Both the position numbers and the translations under genes were made by a program. 64,000 nucleotides of DNA from an uncultured virus (IMG/VR IMGVR_UViG_3300032677_000021). Taxonomy: Duplodnaviria; Heunggongvirae; Uroviricota; Caudoviricetes. The notes below the pieces were generated by a model, which did not search any database, was not told the DNA's origin, and worked only from the letters and a program-made list of their open reading frames with translations. The first letter of the stretch is position 1, and each line of letters begins with the position of its first letter. The stretch lies in the IMG/VR virus record IMGVR_UViG_3300032677_000021. One strand, written 5' to 3'. Positions 57,785 to 64,000 of this stretch are shown one piece after another.

Positions 57785-57814
57785 ACTAATACGCATTTTC
57801 GTACTAAATCGCCC
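57785..57814 (-). promoter_or_regulatory. phage late-class promoter GGGC-N16-GCGTATTAGT (terS operon)
   Basis: exact bipartite motif. Confidence 0.85.
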
Positions 57815-58056
57815 TAGTCTGGAATAATGATCTTGCGGACTGGCTTTTCTTTCGCCTTTTGTTCCTGCTCTATCATCTTGCGAAAGGTTGGCATCATTTC
57901 GTTGACAATGCCCTTAGTCATTGCTTCTGCCAGCATACGGTGCTCCATCTCTTGCTCTGCTGTTGTCTTTCGTGTCTTTTCGTCCACGTTGTCTGCAATC
58001 TTGGTGCTGAACTTACGATGCTTTAAAAATTGCCGGATAAAATTATCATCACTCAT
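57814..58056 (-). CDS. hypothetical protein
   Basis: coupled in operon. Confidence 0.6.
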   Translation of the reverse strand: MSDDNFIRQFLKHRKFSTKIADNVDEKTRKTTAEQEMEHRMLAEAMTKGIVNEMMPTFRKMIEQEQKAKEKPVRKIIIPD

Positions 58057-58267
58057 CTTTAATCGCCTTTAATGCTGCCTCCATGCTGGCCTTGGCCTTT
58101 TGAAACTGAGGGCCAACTTGTGCGTGGATCGAGTTAATTGGGCCGTATGCGTACTCGTACGGGGCTTTAGATAGTGTAACTAGCATTGCGTTGATTTCAC
58201 GAATAGTGTACTCTAATGTTACTACTACATCATCTAATGGGTCCGGTTGTTTTACTTCGTCTGTCAT
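58049..58267 (-). CDS. hypothetical protein
   Basis: coupled in operon. Confidence 0.6.
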   Translation of the reverse strand: MTDEVKQPDPLDDVVVTLEYTIREINAMLVTLSKAPYEYAYGPINSIHAQVGPQFQKAKASMEAALKAIKDE

Positions 58268-58560
58268 TTCTTTTTACCTTTTTGTTTAATTGGAAAATCG
58301 GGATACATCAGTCTTTCTCTTGCTGCTAATTTTTCTGGATCAACACAATACTGGTTTAACTCAAACTTTTGACAGTATGTGTCCATCAACTTCTCCATAC
58401 GCATCTCATGAAGTGCCTTGATACCGAGCAGTGCATTTAATACATCGTCCTCGGTCATTGGTGTTGGATGGTCTCCGTAGTGCTTAAACAGCAATTCAAT
58501 GTCGTCGGCTGTTTGCCACGCCGTCATGATGGCGGACTCTAAATCAATTCGTGTGTTCAT
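58264..58560 (-). CDS. hypothetical protein
   Basis: coupled in operon. Confidence 0.6.
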   Translation of the reverse strand: MNTRIDLESAIMTAWQTADDIELLFKHYGDHPTPMTEDDVLNALLGIKALHEMRMEKLMDTYCQKFELNQYCVDPEKLAARERLMYPDFPIKQKGKKK

Positions 58561-58787
58561 TTCTTTTTCTTTCTGGCAGCCTTTACTTTGCCCTCAAAAT
58601 CAAAACAGTACCATCTACCAACAATAATCAACGCAGGAAGGAGTTCTTTCCATGCTTCAACGTCATCTTCATGCCATTTGTTGGACTGCTTTAAGCTCTC
58701 ACTTATGCTGACATAGCTGTCAATAAGACTTTTACCAATGAGCTCGTCTGCAAAGTCGTCGTCAATTTCAATCTTCATTTTCCACAA
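58557..58787 (-). CDS. hypothetical protein
   Basis: coupled in operon; start uncertain. Confidence 0.55.
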   Translation of the reverse strand: MWKMKIEIDDDFADELIGKSLIDSYVSISESLKQSNKWHEDDVEAWKELLPALIIVGRWYCFDFEGKVKAARKKKK

Positions 58788-59065
58788 TCTCCTGTGCCAG
58801 TGTTAGGTGCGTTTGTAAAGCTGCCTGTGTAGTGTTGTATCGAGTCCTTGCGAACTTCTTTTGGGTTGACTCGCTTTTCAATCTCACGCTGGATGTACCA
58901 CATTGCCTTGCGTAAGTCCTCTACTGCGTCCTTCTTTAAGTCACAGCGCCAGATGTACTTGAGCGCGTTGCCAAGATTAAAACTCATGTGCTCAGTGATC
59001 TGAATGCACTCAATGCCTGATGGGTGCTCTGTGTAGTGCTTAGGATGATTGACCGGATCTTGCAT
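58775..59065 (-). CDS. DUF3310 protein (T7 gp1.7-like)
   Basis: DPVNHPKHY....IECI....F.LGNA.KYIWR...K...EDL.KA.WY. Confidence 0.85.
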   Translation of the reverse strand: MQDPVNHPKHYTEHPSGIECIQITEHMSFNLGNALKYIWRCDLKKDAVEDLRKAMWYIQREIEKRVNPKEVRKDSIQHYTGSFTNAPNTGTGDCGK

Positions 59066-59231
59066 GCTTTCTCCTTAGTTCGTTTTCAACCGCTTCAATT
59101 TCTTCTGGTGTGTCACATACCCACAGTGTCTGAATGTTTTTAAACATAGTGGGGTCAATGTCTTCCACGCCTTGAACCGTGTCAAACATTGCGTGACCGT
59201 TGTGTAAATGCTCTACAATAAACGTCGTCAT
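59040..59231 (-). CDS. hypothetical protein
   Basis: coupled in operon. Confidence 0.55.
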   Translation of the reverse strand: MTTFIVEHLHNGHAMFDTVQGVEDIDPTMFKNIQTLWVCDTPEEIEAVENELRRKHARSGQSS

Positions 59232-59542
59232 AGCTTCAGTTCCTTTTTAATAAACTCCACACCCTTGTTAAAGTGATAGCGCCAGTACTTCTCCGTTATG
59301 TCCAAGTCGACGTGGTTTAGGCCCTCCAAAAAAGCAGTCATTACTTCACGCTCCTTCGGCGGGACCTTGGTGTTGATGAGGCGCTTAATGTCTGCCACGT
59401 CCTCAGCACTCCAGGGTAGGTAGGCCTCTACCAACTCAGTAGAAATACCGTCCCCGTCGTCTTGTTCGATTGGGTCTAGCTCCTCGTCGGACAGCCTCGG
59501 AGTCGCAGCGCTTACTTTGTGTCGGGTAAATGTTTTCTTCAT
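59228..59542 (-). CDS. stand-alone sigma70 region-4-like HTH protein, leaderless
   Basis: acidic linker, then IKRLINTKVPPKEREVMTAFLEGL...IT......H....V..IKKEL, matching the ECF sigma4 pattern with a short deletion. Confidence 0.6.
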   Translation of the reverse strand: MKKTFTRHKVSAATPRLSDEELDPIEQDDGDGISTELVEAYLPWSAEDVADIKRLINTKVPPKEREVMTAFLEGLNHVDLDITEKYWRYHFNKGVEFIKKELKL

Positions 59543-59544
59543 AG

Positions 59545-60885
59545 CTACACTAATACGCAATTTAGGTCGTCTAACAGGGCTTCTTGCAAATTTATTTTGC
59601 CTTCGAGCACCTTTACCACGTGCTGGTCGATGGTATTATGCGCCGTTAGGTGGTGTATGATAACCGGCTTCGTTTGCCCTTGGCGGTAGATCCTAGCATT
59701 CGCTTGGATGTAGTTCTCTGAGCTCCATGGTAGATCGAACCAGACCGTTTGTGCTGTGTCTCCAACGTTGCACTGTAGATTAAGCCCGATTCCGCCGCTT
59801 TGCGGGTGGGCAAGGAGCATACGAATCTCGCCACGACGCCACGCCGCAATGTTGTCATCGTCCAGCACCACCGCCTCTGGGAACTGAAGACGTATTCGTT
59901 GGAGCGAATGCTTGAAATGATAGAAGACAAGCGTGGGACTTGAAGATTCTTCCATGATCGACTCAAGACGTTCCAGTTTAGCGCGGTGTACTTCTTGTGT
60001 GTCTCCCTCTTCGTTGTAAACCGCTCCTGATGTGAATTGCAGTAGCTTGTTCGCCAGTGCCGCCGCTGTCGGAGCTGTGATTTTTTCTTTCTTGATGTCA
60101 ACGACCATCTCTTTTCTAAGTTCGTCATACTTTGCCTTTACGTTTTTATCTAATTGAATAGAGTGGTATAGCTTAGTGCATTCGGGCAGCTCTAGGTAGT
60201 CTTCCGCCTTGAGCGAGTAGCAGATGTCTGAAATCTTTTCTTGGATCTGCATGTCTGCGCCCAGCTTGAGCTTCCAGCTGTACACCACGTGCGTGTGCCT
60301 GTTAATCTGATCCGGCAGCATGTACTTGTCACGAAAGCGGGTGAGCGATGTCTCCAAGCGCTCGCCTAAGTCTAATATGCCTACCTGTGACCAGAGATCA
60401 GCGATACCCTGAGGGGTAGGTGTACCAGTGAGGATAATACGCCGTGAGAAGCCCTTTAAATGCTTTTTAAGCGCCTTAAAGCGCTTGGTGCTGGGATCCT
60501 TAAACCGGCTGGACTCATCAATCACTAAGTTAGTGAACACTAACATATTTGCAGCCTCGCATAGCCACGCTACGTTCTCAAGGTTTATCAGATAGATGTC
60601 TGCTTCCGAATTCAAGGCGGACGATCTCTGCGTCGGGCTGCCCATGATCTTGGCTACTTTGAGGTGCGACAGGTGGTCCCACTTCTTTACCTCTGCGTCC
60701 CACACGGTTTCCGCCACCCTTTTTGGCGCGATGATCAAGGTCTTCCCCTGAAACTGTTCCGCAATGATGGTGAGTGTTGTCGTCGTCTTCCCCAGTCCCG
60801 GTGGCAGAAAAAGTCCCATGTTCGGGACCGTACGGGACAAATTGATAAGATGCTGCTGGTACTGGTGCAGGTCGGAGCGCTTCAC
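59545..60885 (-). CDS. SNF2-family helicase
   Basis: PGLGKT, IDES, LTGTP, QANARIYRQGQ. Confidence 0.9.
   Translation of the reverse strand: MKRSDLHQYQQHLINLSRTVPNMGLFLPPGLGKTTTTLTIIAEQFQGKTLIIAPKRVAETVWDAEVKKWDHLSHLKVAKIMGSPTQRSSALNSEADIYLINLENVAWLCEAANMLVFTNLVIDESSRFKDPSTKRFKALKKHLKGFSRRIILTGTPTPQGIADLWSQVGILDLGERLETSLTRFRDKYMLPDQINRHTHVVYSWKLKLGADMQIQEKISDICYSLKAEDYLELPECTKLYHSIQLDKNVKAKYDELRKEMVVDIKKEKITAPTAAALANKLLQFTSGAVYNEEGDTQEVHRAKLERLESIMEESSSPTLVFYHFKHSLQRIRLQFPEAVVLDDDNIAAWRRGEIRMLLAHPQSGGIGLNLQCNVGDTAQTVWFDLPWSSENYIQANARIYRQGQTKPVIIHHLTAHNTIDQHVVKVLEGKINLQEALLDDLNCVLV
59549..59560 (-). promoter_or_regulatory. phage promoter, TT-extended class (sigma4-like gene)
   Basis: TTGCGTATTAGT; ATG at 59542 = predicted +1. 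Confidence 0.8.
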
Positions 60886-61141
60886 AAATAAAATCCTCTA
60901 TGTCGTCGTATGTTCTAAGTATGTGTACTGGGTGGCCTTGCTCGCCGAATTGGTCAAACACTATCTCTTGGCGCTTGCTGATCCTGCCGCTCGTCGTCTT
61001 CAGCTCCACGAATAATACTTTGGAGTTCAGTAAGACTATGCGATCCGGAACGCCCGAGATACTCGATATGAATTTGAGGCTCATTCCCCCGTTTTGTTTG
61101 ACTAGTTTGTTTAGTCTTTGCTCTACTTGTTTTTCTAGCAT
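60578..61141 (-). CDS. VRR-NUC nuclease
   Basis: E..VE...GVPDRIV....FVELK...G..S..Q in the first ~90 aa; the rest overlaps the helicase gene. Confidence 0.8.
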   Translation of the reverse strand: MLEKQVEQRLNKLVKQNGGMSLKFISSISGVPDRIVLLNSKVLFVELKTTSGRISKRQEIVFDQFGEQGHPVHILRTYDDIEDFICEALRPAPVPAASYQFVPYGPEHGTFSATGTGEDDDNTHHHCGTVSGEDLDHRAKKGGGNRVGRRGKEVGPPVAPQSSQDHGQPDAEIVRLEFGSRHLSDKP

Positions 61142-61532
61142 ACTTTTCCTTTTCGTGCATGCAAATTTTAAATACCTGCTTGGCTAGGTGGCCTGTGAGG
61201 TAGGCTCTGGTCTCACCAACAAAGCCATCGTCCTCACCAATGTGCTCGGCCAAGCTGTCTACCGCGTGGCACAGCTCATGGGCGATCGTGTCCACCAGCT
61301 CGCTGATGTCGTCGTTGACTAGGCTCATGTCGAAGACGAGCACGATGATCGCGTCCTTGCCGTCGCCAATCACGTGCGTCTCCGCAATGCCGTAGTCTAG
61401 CGCGTTGGCTTTGAGCGAGACGTTGTGGTCTTTGAGGATCTGCTGGAATACCTTGTCGTCAAAGCACAACTTAATCACGTCAGGATAGAAACCAACGTCC
61501 AGCTTGTAGTAGTCGTATTTCTTCTTCATCAT
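60954..61532 (-). CDS. putative zincin metallopeptidase-like protein
   Basis: TIAHELCH (HExxH) and a downstream ETRAY. Confidence 0.6.
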   Translation of the reverse strand: MMKKKYDYYKLDVGFYPDVIKLCFDDKVFQQILKDHNVSLKANALDYGIAETHVIGDGKDAIIVLVFDMSLVNDDISELVDTIAHELCHAVDSLAEHIGEDDGFVGETRAYLTGHLAKQVFKICMHEKEKYARKTSRAKTKQTSQTKRGNEPQIHIEYLGRSGSHSLTELQSIIRGAEDDERQDQQAPRDSV

Positions 61533-61714
61533 CGTCCAAAGGGTATGGTTGCCAGTATTTCTATGTGGTCGTTGTCAGCCTCAATGTGTAATTGCGTCTC
61601 ATTCTCATCTGGCTTAGACTTGTTGAAGATGTCATCCCAGCGTTTGTCAAAGGTTTCCTTGTCGACACTGAGCGGGCGTGGGGTGTCACCCTTACCACCG
61701 TCGCGTGTTGTCAT
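61529..61714 (-). CDS. small conserved phage protein
   Basis: GGKGD.PRP....F...WD.IF. Confidence 0.6.
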   Translation of the reverse strand: MTTRDGGKGDTPRPLSVDKETFDKRWDDIFNKSKPDENETQLHIEADNDHIEILATIPFGR

Positions 61715-61893
61715 TTGCGAGCCTCCATCATTGCATCAGCCGTTTCATAGCACCATTTTGCAAATGCGGTTTCATCATCATGAAAACCACCAAATGCTAT
61801 AGACCCTTGCATAGCTTTAGCTGCAAAGTAATCCCGCAAATCCATACCATTGAATTCATCGTTATATCTGCTTGATGCTGGAAATGCTTTCAT
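61711..61893 (-). CDS. small conserved phage protein
   Basis: AFP...GMDLRDYFAAKAMQ...Y..ADAM..AR. Confidence 0.75.
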   Translation of the reverse strand: MKAFPASSRYNDEFNGMDLRDYFAAKAMQGSIAFGGFHDDETAFAKWCYETADAMMEARK

Positions 61894-62171
61894 TTTGGCT
61901 CCTTGGCTTTTTTGATTTTGAGACCGGCGCGTAGTTCGTGGCTGTGTAGCTTCTTGCCCGGGTCTTTGACCTCACCGGCCGCTTTGGCCACCTTGGCAGC
62001 TTCCTTGCGGTTTGCAAAGGTGCCGTTTGATAGCAAGAAGCCGCGCTTGTCTTCGTTCTTCTTGCGGCCCGCTTTCTTCTCAATCTCGGTGTGGCTAAAT
62101 GCGTCGGTGTCTGAGATGACTTTGCCGCTTTTTTCTTTTACTGCTGGTTTAATTACTTTTAGTTTGCTCAT
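61890..62171 (-). CDS. basic hypothetical protein
   Basis: GGAG RBS; GFL.S.G.F.NRKEA. Confidence 0.6.
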   Translation of the reverse strand: MSKLKVIKPAVKEKSGKVISDTDAFSHTEIEKKAGRKKNEDKRGFLLSNGTFANRKEAAKVAKAAGEVKDPGKKLHSHELRAGLKIKKAKEPK

Positions 62172-62404
62172 TCTAACTCCTTTACCATTTGTTTTATAGT
62201 TTCCCAATCTGTTTTTCGTTCGAGATTGCCTTTATGATCTGCGCACCAAAATCCGTTAAGAAACTTATTGGTGTCTTTCATGCGCTCCCACTCACGCACT
62301 CTATACTTATACAGCTTAGTCCAAGGCATGCGGTTTGCTTGCAGCTTAATCCACCATACGTATATTTTGGTTTTCATAGTTTCACCTGATTCTCTTCTGC
62401 CCAC
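62168..62404 (-). CDS. hypothetical protein
   Basis: in operon; start uncertain. Confidence 0.5.
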   Translation of the reverse strand: MGRRESGETMKTKIYVWWIKLQANRMPWTKLYKYRVREWERMKDTNKFLNGFWCADHKGNLERKTDWETIKQMVKELE

Positions 62405-62562
62405 AGTAATGCCTCGGCCAGCTCTTTGTATTGGCTGGGGTCTACCACCTCACACTTGCCGTCTGCTGTAAAGCGCAAGAAGCCTTGGCCGTAGACCAGT
62501 GCGTTGTGCATGACGTGGTTGTATAATTGTTTGGCGTCTTGTTCGTTCATACATTTCTCCAA
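62374..62562 (-). CDS. hypothetical protein
   Basis: in operon. Confidence 0.5.
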   Translation of the reverse strand: MEKCMNEQDAKQLYNHVMHNALVYGQGFLRFTADGKCEVVDPSQYKELAEALLWAEENQVKL

Positions 62563-62839
62563 TATGTATCGTTAGGGTTGGCCAGCATGCTGGCAATAAG
62601 GGCGTCGATGGTTGGAAACCACTGGATGACTTTGAGCCCGTCTGCTTGGTAGATGGTGAAGCTCATTGTTTCACACAAATAAATTTAGCGGTGTACGTGT
62701 TGTTATTCGCCATATTAACAAACGCTTTTCCAGCGGCTACGCAGTTTGCTTCATTACCAAATTGGGCATGATTAACTGATGCTGTTCTACCGTCCATAAT
62801 ACCTACATAATAAACAAAAGTAATTAAAAGCCACATAAC

Positions 62840-63094
62840 CTATTCTCCTATTCCGTGGGCTCGTTCGATGGCGCGGGCGAACTCAATTGGTTCGACACCC
62901 AATCCATCTTTAAACTCAGGATGTCTGTACCAAATGTCTCTAATTTGCTCGTCAGTCAATGGCAACACTTTTTTGCAAGTGCATTTTGGAACCAATGGGT
63001 GCCCAATTGCATGTCCACAGGTACATTTAAACGTGGCACGTTGCGCATCTTGCCGGTCTTGTGTGGTGAAGGTGGTCATTTTTGTACCATCCAT
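62840..63094 (-). CDS. hypothetical protein
   Basis: PLTDEQI...FARAIERAHGI motif common in proteobacterial phages. Confidence 0.55.
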   Translation of the reverse strand: MDGTKMTTFTTQDRQDAQRATFKCTCGHAIGHPLVPKCTCKKVLPLTDEQIRDIWYRHPEFKDGLGVEPIEFARAIERAHGIGE

Positions 63095-63328
63095 TCAATT
63101 TTTAAATTGCCAATACGGACCCAGCAATACCCGCCACCGATGTTATACGTTATAAAACCTTTGAGCTTAATTGCGTTCATTCTACCTCCAACTCATAATA
63201 GTCGTAGCCATCACACCATTCCAATGATTTAGTGGCTATATACTCTTTTGCTTTTTCTGCTGAATCGAAGGCTTTTTGTGGGTCACCATTTCCTTCGTAA
63301 GCATACCACGCACAAACAACATATACTT

Positions 63329-63538
63329 TCATTTGTCTTGTTCCTTTAATGGTTCAATGGTTACTTTTTCCCACTTCACTTCTCCAGTTTTAGGGTTCTT
63401 CCAACCATGTTGCGTATAGATTGCTGGATAAGCGCAAGATGGATGCCAATCAATCCTAGACTTTTGTACTGCAACCACTTCTAAGTCGGTTTGCATATCT
63501 CTCATATATCTTTGCACTCTATTATCAAAGCTATACAC
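63329..63538 (-). CDS. hypothetical protein
   Basis: in the minus-strand run; start uncertain. Confidence 0.45.
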   Translation of the reverse strand: MYSFDNRVQRYMRDMQTDLEVVAVQKSRIDWHPSCAYPAIYTQHGWKNPKTGEVKWEKVTIEPLKEQDK

Positions 63539-63586
63539 ATCACAGCAATTAGCAAAGCCAATAAACGAATTGCAATAATTAAATAA

Positions 63587-63901
63587 TCAGCCATTCTCTT
63601 GTGCCTTTCTTAATATTGCTCTAGCAAAATCTTCCATGTAAAGCTCACCAACACCATTCTTTTTCCAAGCATGGCAAACACTATCGGCACATTCTTTTAT
63701 TTCGTCTTCGGTTAATGTTTTATTTTTTAACGATTCTATTTCAGATTGTTGTTGATAATATTCCTCTGCAATCAATTCCCTTGCACAAAACCCATTTGCA
63801 GTTGGCGAAAGTGTTGCGTAAAAATGGTATTTGTTTGATGGGAGCATTACTTCTTTAAGTTTTTGATTAAATAGTTTGTCCCACATTTTATTTTCACTCA
63901 T
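63587..63901 (-). CDS. hypothetical protein
   Basis: TLTEDEI...FARAILRKA motif. Confidence 0.55.
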   Translation of the reverse strand: MSENKMWDKLFNQKLKEVMLPSNKYHFYATLSPTANGFCARELIAEEYYQQQSEIESLKNKTLTEDEIKECADSVCHAWKKNGVGELYMEDFARAILRKAQENG

Positions 63902-64000
63902 TTCTCATTAGCCTTTCTTAGTATTGCTCTAGCAAACTTGTTGTAATGAATTGCGCTTATGCTTCCATCAGTCCATTCTTCATAAAACTCATCGCTATGC

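Noticed and set aside
1..64000. Prophage, DGR or retron
   Set aside because: No integrase, repressor pair, host genes or reverse transcriptase were recognised; parts outside the window cannot be judged.

Overview
The window is most of the genome of a tailed dsDNA phage with a podovirus-like layout: no sheath or tail-tube genes, and large ejection-type proteins. The minus strand carries small early genes and a sigma factor (8038->3265), a primase-helicase (2651->345) and a replication arm (64000->48535: SNF2 helicase, VRR-NUC, Cas4-like nuclease, SSB, class II RNR, family A polymerase, three free-standing endonucleases, and a displaced TerS). The plus strand (9207->48551) carries TerL, portal, GroES, capsid, Ser-Gly collagen-like fibres around a glycosyltransferase cassette, lysis genes and tail/ejection proteins. 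I saw no integrase, tRNA or CRISPR array. The main candidate for a new system is a transcription cascade built on an apparently split sigma factor. A sigma70-family protein lacking region 4 (3775-4341) is encoded far from a stand-alone sigma4-like protein (59228-59542). Fifteen promoters share the core GCGTATTAGT-N5-YA and fall into two classes: TT-extended without an upstream box (replication genes and the sigma4 gene itself), and GGGC-N16-core (packaging and virion genes). Other notable items are a catalytically dead free-standing intein in front of terL, an FNR-like box at the early promoter, a GGA-rich structured early leader, twin IHF/iteron origin-like elements and a split GT9 enzyme. 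All product calls come from recognising motifs by eye; no searches were run.
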